Part shown: in pieces, positions 39,105 through 50,411 of the stretch | How positions within the stretch are numbered: the first letter of the stretch is position 1 | How the letters are laid out: each line of letters begins with the position of its first letter | Assembly (NCBI RefSeq): GCF_044704955.1 | Contig: NC_091977.1 | Coordinates: 84,568,001 to 84,632,000 of the forward strand | From: Pristiophorus japonicus | Taxonomy: Eukaryota | Reading direction: 5' to 3' | DNA: 64,000 nucleotides | Position numbers and translations under genes: made by a program | Notes under the pieces: generated by a model | Databases searched by the model: none | Told to the model about the DNA's origin: nothing | Seen by the model: only the letters and a program-made list of their open reading frames with translations

Positions 39105-40800
39105 TTGTGTGGGACCTTGTCAAAAGCCTTTTGAAAGTCCAAATACACCACATCCACTGGTTCTCCCTTGTCCACTCTACCAGTTACATCCTCAAAAAAT
39201 TCGAGAAGATTTGTCAAGCAGGATTTCCCTCTCATAAATCCATGCTGACTTGGACCAATCCCGTCACTGCTTTTCCAAATGTGCTGCTATTTCATCTTTA
39301 ATAATTGATTCCAACATTTCCCCCACTATTGATGTCAGGCTAACCGGTCTATAATTACCCATTTTCTCTCTCCCTCCTTTCTTAAAAAGTGATGTTACTT
39401 TAGCTACCCTCCAGTCCACAGGAACCGATCCAGGGTCGATAGACTGTTGGAAAATGACCACCAATACATCCACTATTTCTAGGGCCACTTCCTTAAGTAC
39501 TCTGGGATGCAGACTATCAGACCCCGGGAATTTATCGGCTTTCAATCCCATCAATTTCCCTAACACAATTTCCTGACTAATAATGATTTCCTTCAGTTTC
39601 TCCTTCTCACTAGACCCTCGGTCCCCTAGTATTTCCAGAAGATTATTTGTGTCTTCCTTCGTGATAACAGAACCAAAGTATTTGTTTAACTGGTCTGCCA
39701 TTTCTTTGTTCCCCATTATAAATTCATCCCTGAATCTGACTGCAAGGGACCTATGTTTGTTTTTAATAATCTTTTTCTATTCACATATCTATCGAAGCTT
39801 TTGCAATCAGTTTTTATGTTCCCAGCAAGCTTCCTCCCAAACTCTATTTTCCCTCTCCTAATGAAACCCTTTGTCCTCCTCTGCTGAATTACAAAATTCT
39901 CCCAGTCCTCAGGTTTGCTGCTTTTTCTGGCCAATTTATATGCCTCTTCCTTGTATTTTACACTATCCTTAATTTCCCTTGTTAGCCACGGTTGAGCCAC
40001 CTTCCCCATTTTATTTTTACTCCAGACAGGGATGTACAATTGCTGAAGTTCATCCATGTGATCTTTAAATGTTTGCCATTGCTTATCCACCGTCAACCCT
40101 TTGAGTATCCTTTGCCAGTCTTTTCTAGCCAATTCACGTCTCATACCATCAAAGTTACCTTTCCTTAAGTTCAGGACCCTAGTCTTTGAATTAACTGTGT
40201 CACTCTCCACCTTAATAAAGAATTCTACCATATTATGGTCACTCTTCCCCAAGGGGCCTCGCACAACAAGATTGCTAATTAGTCCTTTCTCGTTACACAT
40301 CATCCAGTCTAGGATGGCCAGCTCTCTAGTTGGTTCCTTGACATATTTGTCCAGAAAACCATCCCTAATACACTCCAGGAAATCCTCCTCCACCGCATTG
40401 CTACCAGTTTGGTTAGCCCAATCAATATGTAGATTAAAGTCGCCCATGATAACTGCTGTACCTTTATTGCACACATCCCTAATTTCTTGTTTGATGCTGT
40501 CCCCAACCTCACTACTACTGTTTGGTGGACTGTATACAACTCCTACTAGCATTTTCTGCCCTTTGGTATTCCGTAGCTCCACCCATACCGACTCCACATC
40601 ATCCAAGCTAATGTCCTTCCTTAGTATTGCATTAATTTCCTCTTTAACCAGCAACGCCACCCCACCTCCTTTTCCATTCTGTCTATCCTTCCGAAATGTT
40701 GAATACCCCTGGATGTTGAGTTCCCAGCCTTGGTCACCCTGGAGCCATGTCTCCGTGATGCCAATATCCGTTAACTGCTATCTGTGCAGTTAATTCGTCC
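39105..40800 (-). mobile_element. CR1 LINE ORF2 fragment (endonuclease to RT N-terminus)
   Basis: ORFs 39716-40660, 39264-39716, 39047-39235: GDFN, GKSDHN, NYRPVSLTS, YLDFQKAFDKVPH. Confidence 0.95.
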
Positions 40801-41070
40801 ACAGATTTAAGATGATTAGCAAAAGAACCAAAGGTGACATAAGAAAAAGCATTTTTTACACAGCGAGTGGTTAGTATCTGGAATGCACGGCCTGAAGGGT
40901 GGTGGAGGCAGACTCAATCATGGCTTTCAAAAAGGAATTGGAGAAGTACCTGAAAGAAAAATATTTGCAGGGTTACGGGGAAATGGTGGGGGAGTGGGAC
41001 TAGCTGAGGTGCTCTTGTAGAGAGCTGGCATGGGCTCGATGAACCGAATGGCCTTCTTCCATGCTGACTG
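40801..41070 (+). mobile_element. CR1 3' fragment of another subfamily
   Basis: ttttacacagcgagtggttagtatctggaatgcacggcctg and tail ccgaatggccttcttcc. Confidence 0.7.
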
Positions 41071-41114
41071 TCCTCAATTAATCCACTTCTTTCCAAATGA
41101 ATATTTATCCTGTC

Positions 41115-42520
41115 CCTTAGGATGTTGTGCTGAAGACTTGTGCCCCAGAACTAGCCGCGCCTCTAGCCAAGCTGTTCCAGTATAGCTACAACACTGGCAT
41201 CTATCTAACAATGTGGAAAACTGCTAAGGTATGTCCTGCCCACAAAAGCAGGACAAATCCAATCCGGCCAAATAGCACCCCATCAGTCTACTCTCAATCA
41301 TCAGCAAAGTGATGGAAGGTGTAGTGAACAGTGCTATCAAGCGGCACTTACTCACCAATAACTTGCTCACTGATGCTCAGTTTGGGTTCCGCCAGGACCA
41401 CTCATCTCTAGATCTCATTAGAGCCTTGGTCCAAACATGGACAAAAGAGCTGACTGCCCTTGACATCAAGGCAGCATTTGGTCGAGTGTGGCACCAAGGA
41501 GCCCTAGTAAAACTGAAGTCAATGGGAATCGGGGGAAAACACTCCACGAGCTGGAGTCATACCTAGCACAAAAGAAGATAGTTGTGTTACTGGGAGGTCA
41601 ATCATCCCAGCCCCAAGACATCACTGCAGGGGATCCTCAGGGCAGTGTCCTCGGCCCAACCATCTTCAGCTGCTTCATCAATGACCTTCCTCCATCATAA
41701 GGTCAGAAGTGTAGATGTTCGCTGATAACTGCACAGTGTTCTGTGCCATTTGCAACTCCTCAGATAATAGAGCAGTCCATGCTTGCATGCAGTAAGATCT
41801 GGACGACATTCAGGCTTGGGCTGATAAGTGACAAGTTACATTCGTGCCACACAAGTGCCAGGCAATGACTATCTCCAACTACCATCGCCAAATACTCCAC
41901 CATCAACATCCTGGGGGTCACCATTGACAAAAAACTTAACTGGGCCAGCCAATAAATACTGTGGCAACAAGAGCAGGTCAGAGGCTGGGTAATCTGCAGT
42001 GAGTATCTCACCTCCTGACTCCCCAAAGCCTTTCCACCATCTACAAGGCACAAGTCAGGAGTGTGATGGAATACTTTCCACTTGCCTGGATGAGTGCAGC
42101 TCCAACAATACTCAAGAAGCTCGACACCATCCAGGACAAAGAAGCCTGCTTGATTGGCACCCCATCCACCACCTCCCTCCATCACCGATGTATAGTGGCT
42201 GCAGTGTGTACCATCTACAAGATGCACTGCAGCAACTCGCCAAGGTTTCTTCGGCAGCACTTCCCAAACCCGCGACCTCTTCCACTTAGAAGGACAAGGG
42301 CAGCAGGCGCATGGGAACACCATGGTTACACATCATCCTGACTTGGAAGAATATTGCCGTTCCTTCATTGCTGGGACAAAATCCTGGAACTCCCTAACAG
42401 CACTGTAGAAGTACTTTCACCACAAGGTATCTGCAGCAATTGAAGAAGGCAGCTCACCACCATCTTCTCAAGAGCAATTAGGGATGGACATTAAATGCTG
42501 GCAACGCCCACATCCCAGGA
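41115..42520 (+). mobile_element. CR1/L2-group LINE, 5'-truncated, frameshifted RT
   Basis: [59 protein letters not shown]; tail gcaattagggatggacattaaatgctgg. Confidence 0.85.
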
Positions 42521-43384
42521 TCAAATAAGAAAAAAGACAGAATGGTGTACTTGTGCATGCTCTTCCCAGGTTGGGAATCAGGCACGTTGTTGTGCAGGGT
42601 AGAGGGAACTTTACTTTGCATCTAGATATGCTATACCTGACCTGGGAGATATTAATATTGATGCTTATGTGCATGTGCTCATAAAAGAGCAAGAGACAGA
42701 CATTAGACACTAAATGCAGGTAAAGTGTAATTATGGGCTGTTGTATAAAGGGCTTTCATTCCCCAACACCAACATCCCCAGCTTGGCTCAGTGGTAGTAC
42801 ACTCTCATCTGAGTCAAAAGGTTATAGGTTGAAGTACATAATCTAGGCTGATAAGTCAGTACAGTACTAAGGAAGTGCTGCACTGTCAGAGGACCATCTT
42901 TTTGATAAGGTTAAACTGAGGTCCTGACTACTGGAAGTTACATAATAGATCCTATGGGCTAGATTTTACACTTTTGTGCAAAAATGGACGTTATTTCCAG
43001 TATGGGCGGTAAAAATGGGTTTCCAGATTGCTGGCTTCTCGCCCATTCTCAAAGCCCCTAGTCTCCATTTTTTAAATTGGGCGTTACCGCGAGTGATATG
43101 AAATGGGCAGTAGCGTTAAATCTCTCTGACCTTCTGCCATAAAGTGTCGCCATCCTTAGCAACGGCATGGCAATACTCGGTTCCCGTGATTCAGGAGGTC
43201 AAAGGTCATCATGACATGCGCAGAAGAGGAGACAGAGAAAGAGGGAGCTGAGAGGGACTGAAGGCGTGTGTGGGTGTGGTGTGGCTGCTTTGGGAGGAAG
43301 GAGGGAGAGTTTAGAGCTTTAGAGCAAATAGGGAAATAAAAATGAGCTGTTACCAGCCACATATTTGCCCAAATTTGGCCTATA

Positions 43385-45165
43385 ATGGAGGGAGGGGAGG
43401 AGGTGTCACAGCACGCTGTGGAGAGTGATGCTGGCAAGAGCAGTGAGCTGGGAGAGGAGCACATTGGAGGGCGCAAAGGAACGAGGAGATTCTCGGATGA
43501 GGCAAATGCCTCCCTCCTGCAGGAGGTCGAGTTACGCTCGGGTGATTTGACACAGGGAGGGCATGGGAAGCCCACCCCAAAGGTCTACCAGAAGATATGG
43601 GCCAAGATAGCAGAGGTGGTCTCGTCGGTGACCAATGAGATGCATGAGGGCAACCAATGCCGCAAACGATGGAATGACCTTGTGGGATCTGCAAGAGTAA
43701 GTATTATATTTATTTACGTGTACTTACGTATTTATATAATTTGATTTGTAACAGTCATGAGTGACTATCAGCAGATGTGAGGTCTTTCACTTTTACCGGG
43801 AATGTTGTACTCAAAGCCTGCATTCACGGTGCATTCACGTGCACGTCTTTAGGTAAAGAATGATAATTATCATAATAATTATGATTACATCTGTCGGTTA
43901 TGTGTTGTATCAGTCTCTGTGACAGTACCTAGCAATGATATCACGAAATGATCTCATGCCATGTCGTCCTGTCACCTTTCACAGAAGAAGCTATCGACGA
44001 TGAGGTCCGACAGAGGCAAACAGGTGGGGGCCACCAATTGTCAGCGACATCACTAAGATGGAGGAGCGGGTGCTCACACTCATGGGGAAGCACCCCCGGA
44101 CAGCCACACAAGCATCTATAGACCATGAAGTGAAACGAAGTGAGTAAAGTTTACACCATTGCGTGATGTAAAATCAATAGATGCCACACCCACTCATATC
44201 CGAACAATCATATATGATATATGATTTCTAATTGTTGATGGTCAGGAAATATGATGTCAGTGATGATCATGATAGCGGTGGTGCTTTTGTCATGCATATG
44301 CTGTGTGTAGCGCTGGACTCACCTTGTGACCCTAGCATCCCTTTCTCCTCTAATAATCTCATTTGTGTTTTGCAGCTCAGCCATCAGCGTGGCCCAAGCA
44401 AGACCACAGAGGCCAGAAGGGGGGGGGGGGCGCAGGGCCAGACGCACCAGACGATCCTACATCTGGCGCTGAGGAGCTCCGATTCTCGCCCGTCAATCCG
44501 CTGGGTCTGTTCTCTACGAATGAGAGCGCCGACTTCGAGGAACCTGTATCACCATGCTCCAGAAGTCATTCCACCCCAAGGCCATCTAGTGTTCCTCCGG
44601 TCATTCCTGCCTCCATTCTGGAGGTACCGGCCCCAAGCACCTTGCCACAGGGCACCCCATTTGTCCCCAGGACGGCGGCGACCCACGGAGGTTTCGTGGA
44701 TGAGGAAGGTCTGGTCCACGAGTGCGACATGAGCGCGCAGCGATGGTACAGTTGTCTAGGAGGACCGTAGACATTGGTGACCAGCTCCTCGATGCATTGG
44801 GGGGCATATCCCGACAGCTGGCTACCATGACTGAGTACGTTCCACGGGTGGTGGAGGCCTTGGAGGCGATAGCCAGGAACACTGCTGGCACAGGCCTCCC
44901 AGTGGTCCCGGAGCGCGGCACTCCTCCCCTTGGTTCCGCACCACCACTGCGATCGACAGATGAGAGGCAGAACCAAGATCCTGCTTCTGGATCAGAGAAT
45001 GTTCCCCTCTCGGCATCCCCCCTCCCGTACCCGTGCAACCACCCATCTGCCTTCATCCCCTCCCAATGAGGCACCGCCGGAGGAGCTCCTCGGCCAGGCG
45101 CCATGGAGCGAGGAGGGGAAGGCATAGAGGTGAGGAGAAGAAGGAGAGGGGGGAAGGAAAGTGAG
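43385..45165 (+). pseudogene. Harbinger Myb/SANT-like DNA-binding protein gene (3 exons, frameshifted)
   Basis: RRFSDEANASLLQEV...KIWAKIAEVV...QCRKRWNDL; donor gtaagt 43697; acceptor ttcacag 43984; donor gtgagt 44140; acceptor tttgcag 44375. Confidence 0.8.
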
Positions 45166-45601
45166 GTGCATGTCCGCAGGTGATGGCTGTGTTATATCTC
45201 CATCTGGGTGTATGCAATTTGTTGTAATGTATGGGGGAAGAGGACCACCTTCCTGCTTTGCATTTGTAATCTGTGTTGCTGGACATGTTGAACATTTGAT
45301 TGATGTTAATGGTGGAAAAAGTGGGGTATGGGTGGGGGTTGGGGGTTTTTGCCCGTGATACTTATGATTTCAGATCAATGTTAGGATAAACAATTTTTTT
45401 ATTGAACATAACCTTGTTGCTCATTGTTTCAGATAGCTGGACCGTTACACACTGGTGATTCCTTAACATGAAAGGGTTAAATAAAACTTAACTTCAATCA
45501 TCGTAAACTTTAACTGGCACCAAGGTGATGGGCACCATTGATGTCTAAGCTGCACACACACACAGCAGTGTGTCAGTGTTGTCACTCACAGCAATGTTCT
45601 T

Positions 45602-46805
45602 TCAGGCAAATCGTTCAGATATCAGCTCCTCGTGTAAGAGTCTTGCAGCTACGTAGCCACCACAGGCCCTTTCCTGTGGTCTGGAGGGAGGCGTGGACAT
45701 GGTTGCACAGCCAGCCTGATTGTTTGGCCCTAGGTCAGCATCCAGCCCCTCGTAGTCCTCTTCCTCTTTCTCCTGAGGTGGAGCATCAGTCCCTTCTGGC
45801 AATTATTATCCCCTCCTGATAGCCAGGTTGTGCAGCATGGAGCACACGACCACGAATTTAGCTACTTGCTCAGGGTTATATTGTAGCTCCCCTCCTGAGT
45901 GGTCCAGACATCTGAAGCATTGCTTAAGCACACTAATTGTTTTCTGGACCACATTGCATGTGTCTCTATGCCTCTCGTTATATCACTTCTCGGCCTCGGT
46001 GTGGGTGTCACGCCGGGGGTGGGGTCATCAGCCAGGTGGCTAGGCCATATCAGTTGTCACCAAGCATCCAGCATTGTCCTTGTGGCTGACTCTTAAACAT
46101 GTCAGAGACAGCGCTCTCACACAGGATGTGATCCTCATCGAAGCTGCCCGGACATTTGGCATTCACTGCCATTATGATCTGGTTGTGGTCGACAATTAGT
46201 TGGATCTTCAGGGAGTGAAATCCTTTTCTGATACTAAAAAGGTCTGGGTCCTGAGAAGGTGCCCGCATGGCGATGTGAGTGCACTGTATTCCTCCCTGCA
46301 CCCTGGGGAACTTAGCAATGAGGTAGAATGCTCCAGCCCTCACAGTCTGACTCCGTAGTCATGGGGAAGCTGATAAAGTCCATCCTTCGTGCGTACAGGG
46401 CCTCCATGACCTGTTTAATGCAGTAATGTGTGGCATGATGAGACAGAGGGGAAATCTCGACCTTGGAGGCCCGAAAGGAACTGGACGCATAGAAAGACAG
46501 TGCCGTGGTGACCTTGACCTCGACCGACACTGATGTCCTGATGGCAGGCTGCATATGTGGCCTGATGAGTATTTCATTGATCACCACTTTGTGGAAGCGC
46601 AGTCTCCGAAGGCAGGTGTTCTCGAACACGTCGAGGTAAGACCTCTTTTCCCTGTACGTGCGGGGTGTGTATGGTCTGGCCCTCCTCCTCATTCTTGCAT
46701 GACTTAAATTGGGCACATAATGATGTGCATCACACATTGAGCCATCTGCACTCTGTAGCATCTCCGTGTTAATTGACGCAGGCTGAGTAGTGGCTGGCCC
46801 CATTG
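45602..46805 (-). pseudogene. Harbinger (HARBI1-like) DDE transposase, frameshifted
   Basis: CLRRLRFHK, VEVKVTTALSFYAS, FPRVQGGIQCTHI (first catalytic D replaced), RKGFHSL, WMLGD, CSMLHNLA. Confidence 0.88.
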
Positions 46806-48429
46806 CAATGAAAGTATAATAGCGATTGATCAGAAGCAGTAATTTCCTCACTAAAGTAATCAACCCCCAATAGTCCAGAGTCTGAAAATATGTCTGTTGA
46901 GATGGTCACTTCACCTGTGAAGAACTCCAGAAGTCAATCCAAACTCCCCCAAAGTTGAAGCAGCCTTTTGAATGAAGCGACTTGCGATTTTAAAAATGAC
47001 ACTCACACCGCTGGGATTAGTTCCACTTTTCCCGGGCGTTTTTTTGGGGGCGAGCAATATTGTGGGTGATGTATGTGCGAGGTGGTGAAAGTGACGCTGG
47101 GCGATCTCCTGGGCGTTAGTTTCAGCAAATATGATCTTTACAACAAAAAAAAGTGGGCGGGCAATATTATTGAATCTCTGCATTAATTCAGTGCGTAAAC
47201 TAATGCCGGGCGATATTTTGGCCACTGATTTCACCCATTCTGATGATTCCGCCCAAAAAAAGTGGCCGAACGGTATTATTTTTTCCTAGCGTTACACACA
47301 TGGGGAAAGGAACGCTCAGCGATAAGTGTCCGAAAAATGCCCATCAGTTTCCATTTTGTGGCTAAATGGGCGATATCTGGGCGTTATGCGTCATTTCAGC
47401 GGTAAAATGGACGTTAAGTGGGAATTAAGCATGCAAAAAAAGTGGAAAATCTAGCCCATTGCATTATTCAAAGAAGAGCAGAAGAGTTCTCCCCATGACC
47501 TGGTCAGCATTTATCCCTCAACCAACACAACCAAGCATAGGTTAACTGGTCATTATCTCATTGATGTTTGTGGGACCTTGCTGTGAGCAAAATGACTGGT
47601 GCATTTGCCTACAATATAACAATGACTACACTTCAATGCAATAATTGATTGGCTATGAAATACATTGGCATTTCTCAAAAATATGAAAGGCAATATATAA
47701 ATGTAAGTTCTTTATTTTTATTGAACAGAAAAATAAGTTTATTGCTATAATTAAAATAAACAGATCACTAATGATGCAAATGAATGTGATATCATAGGAC
47801 GCTGGTAATATTAAATTTAAAAGGCATCCAGAGGAAGTAATGGCATCAAAATTATATGTCAATGTATCTAAATACTTTTGGAACATCCGTAACACTTCAA
47901 AGAAAATGAATATGACAGCTAAAAAGAACTCAAATTCCTAACATAATTGAATACTACCAAAATGGCAAAAAGGGAATTCGTGCTCCAAAGAGGGTTGAGA
48001 ACAGAGATGGATTTCAATGTTCAAAGATTTAAAGAACATCATAAAGGTGCATTGTTGTAAAAAAAAAAGACTTGCTGAAGGGCAAGGTCGAAAGGATCTT
48101 GGAAATAACTCCAGAGGCAAACACTTCCCAATATCTATGCTGTTATCAAACAGATGGCTGGGTGTTGTGCCCCGCTCCATTGCTTGCTCACGCATTCTGC
48201 TCATTCCTCCACATTGGGTTTGCCTCACTTCATTTTTACCTCTTCTTGCTTTGAAAAACTTTGAGAAACTGTTTAAAATCCATTTTGAGCCTTTGAAAAT
48301 ATTTTTTCCTTCCATATGTGGCCACTTATCTTTGAATCTGGACATTGCAGTGTTCACGGGGAGGCTATCCTATCTGGCACTAGTTGTGAATGCATGATTA
48401 TTTCCGATAGATAAATGTATGTTTAAAAA

Positions 48430-48810
48430 AATATATTCATTCTCTGGATGTGGGTGTCACAGACACAGCTGGTATTTATTGCCCATCCCTCGTGGCCCTG
48501 AATAGCTGGTACTGGATGGGTTTCTTGAACCAAGGCAGTTTGATTCCACTGTGTGGCTTTCTAAGCCACTTCAGAGGGAGGTAAGTGTCAACCACATTAA
48601 TGAATCAGTTGGGTTTTTATAACAATCAGAGAGCTTCATAATAACTTTTACTGATCACTTTTATTGATACCAGTTTTTTATTTCCAGATTTTTAAAACTA
48701 AATTCAAATTCTCACACTGACATAGTAGAATTTGAACTTTAATTCTCTGGATTATTAGTCCAGGCTTTATGGATTATTAGTAACATAATTACTACACTGC
48801 TGTACCCATG
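48430..48810 (-). mobile_element. tRNA-derived SINE (second family), antisense copy
   Basis: Reverse complement colinear with 49020-49405; tail ggatgtgggtgtc..ctggtatttattgcccatccct. Confidence 0.65.
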
Positions 48811-49019
48811 TGTATCAATTTAGTAAATACATTCTGAATAATGTGCATAAATGCATAATAATCCATGATGCAATTCTAAGCACTTAGAGCAATGTTCGAC
48901 AATATGTTCACCACTCTGTTGCATGATTATTATACATGTTTCCGTACAGCATAGTTACTCATTTTCACTGATACATTTTACATCAAAATAAAATTCTACT
49001 TGCTAACATTGACAATCTA

Positions 49020-49405
49020 ATGGCAGCATAATCATAGCATAGTGGTTATGTTACTGGTAATCCAGAGGCCTAGACTAATGATCCGGAGACAAGAGTTCAA
49101 TCATAGCAGCTGGGGAATTTAAATTCAGTTAATTTAATACATCTGGAATTAAAAAGCTAGTATCAGTAATGATGACCATGAAACTACTGGATTGTTGTAA
49201 AAACTGGTTCACTAGTGCCCTTTAGTGAAGGAAATCTGCCATCCTTACTTGGTCTGGCCTATATGTGACTCCAGACCCACAGCAATGTGGTTGACTTTTA
49301 ACAGCCCTCTGAAATGGCCTAGAAAGGAACTCAGTTAAGGGCAATGAGAGATGGGCAATAAATGCTGTCCTTGCCAGTGACGCCCATATCCTACAAATGA
49401 ATTTT
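49020..49405 (+). mobile_element. tRNA-derived SINE with 3' tail shared with the 41115-42520 LINE family
   Basis: Head tagcatagtggtta..gagttcaa; tail aagggcaatgagagatgggcaataaatgctg..cttgccagtgacgccca..tcc. Confidence 0.75.
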
Positions 49406-49449
49406 TTAAAAGCATAAACTGAAGCCCTAGTCTTAGTGTGACTTATAAG

Positions 49450-50226
49450 GATGCTGAGAATGACGTGAGTATCACGTGTACTGAGTTGGTCTTACCGCAG
49501 GGAAAGGGTCCACAGCCAGATAGGGAATGGAAGACCAGCAGGAAGAGTAGTGCAAGGAAGGTAGTGCAGGGGTCCCCTGCGGTCATCCCCCTGCAAAACA
49601 GATACACCGTTTTGAGTACTGTTGAGGGGAATGACTCATCAGGGGAGGGCAGCAGCAGCCAAGTTCATGGCACCGTGGCTGGCTCTGCTGCACAGGAGGG
49701 CAAGAAAAAGAGTGGGACAGCAATAGTGATAGGGGATTCAATGGTGAGGGGAATAGATAGGCGTTTCTGCGGCCGCGACAGAGACTCCAGGATGGTATGT
49801 TGCCTCCCTGGTGCAAGGGTCAAGGATGTCTCGGAGCGGGTGCAGGACATTCTGAAATGGGAGGGAGAACAGCCAGTTGTCGTGGTGCACATTGGTACCA
49901 ACGACATAGGTAAAAAAAGGGATGAGGTCCTACGAAACGAATTTAAGGAGCTAGGAGCTAAATTAAAAAGTAGGACCTCAAAAGTAGTAATCTCGGGATT
50001 GTTACCAGTGCCACGTGATAGTCAGAGTAGGAATCGCAGGATAGCGCAGATGAATACGTGGCTTGAGCAGTGGTGCAGCAGGGAGGGATTCAAATTCCTA
50101 GGGCATTGGGACCGGTTCTGGGGGAGGTGGGACCAGTACAAACCGGACGGTCTGCACCTGGGCAGGACCGGAACCAATGTCCTAGGGGGAGTGTTTGCTA
50201 GTGCTGTTGGGGAGGATTTAAACTAA
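49450..50226 (+). CDS. CR1 ORF1 (5'-truncated) with SGNH/GDSL esterase domain
   Basis: IVIGDSMVR, LPGA, VHIGTND, DGLHL: SGNH blocks I, II, III, V. Confidence 0.85.
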   Translation, partial: DAENDVSITCTELVLPQGKGPQPDREWKTSRKSSARKVVQGSPAVIPLQNRYTVLSTVEGNDSSGEGSSSQVHGTVAGSAAQEGKKKSGTAIVIGDSMVRGIDRRFCGRDRDSRMVCCLPGARVKDVSERVQDILKWEGEQPVVVVHIGTNDIGKKRDEVLRNEFKELGAKLKSRTSKVVISGLLPVPRDSQSRNRRIAQMNTWLEQWCSREGFKFLGHWDRFWGRWDQYKPDGLHLGRTGTNVLGGVFASAVGEDLN

Positions 50227-50411
50227 TATGGCAGGGGGATGGGAACCAATGCAGGGAGACAGAGGGAAACAAAAAGGAGGCAAAAGCAAAAGACAGAAAG
50301 GAGATGAGGAAAAGTGGAGGGCAGAGAAACCCAAGGTAAAGAACAAAAAGGGCCACTGTACAGCAAAATTCTAAAAGGACAAAGGGTGTTAAAAAAACAA
50401 GCCTGAAGGCT

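Larger units (their letters stand above)
42956..47457. mobile_element. PIF/Harbinger-type DNA transposon, full length (4.5 kb), decayed
   Basis: ~25-bp TIRs gggctagattttacacttttgtgca / tgcaaaaaaagtggaaaatctagccc; convergent Myb/SANT and DDE transposase genes; CpG-rich subtermini. Confidence 0.92.
42781..47720 (+). mobile_element. DeuSINE (SacSINE1-like) split by the Harbinger element
   Basis: 5' half 42781-42955 (ggctcagtggtag..ctgagtc..aggtt), 3' half 47458-47720 (ttcaaagaagagcag...aaggcaatatataaatgtaag); colinear with the 14113-14570 copy. Confidence 0.8.

Noticed and set aside
40101-40793. Long antisense ORFs over CR1 ORF2 (also 50543-51223 and 58437-59066)
   Set aside because: Recurrence is explained by copy identity and codon bias on the opposite strand of a coding frame; no independent support
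43385-46863. Domesticated host genes HARBI1 / NAIF1 / MSANTD
   Set aside because: Frameshifted, catalytic residues lost, and enclosed by TIRs inside a SINE: a decayed transposon
49438-50226. Host or bacterial SGNH lipase gene
   Set aside because: Esterase domains are an established part of CR1 ORF1; a second copy occurs in the CR1 at 57147
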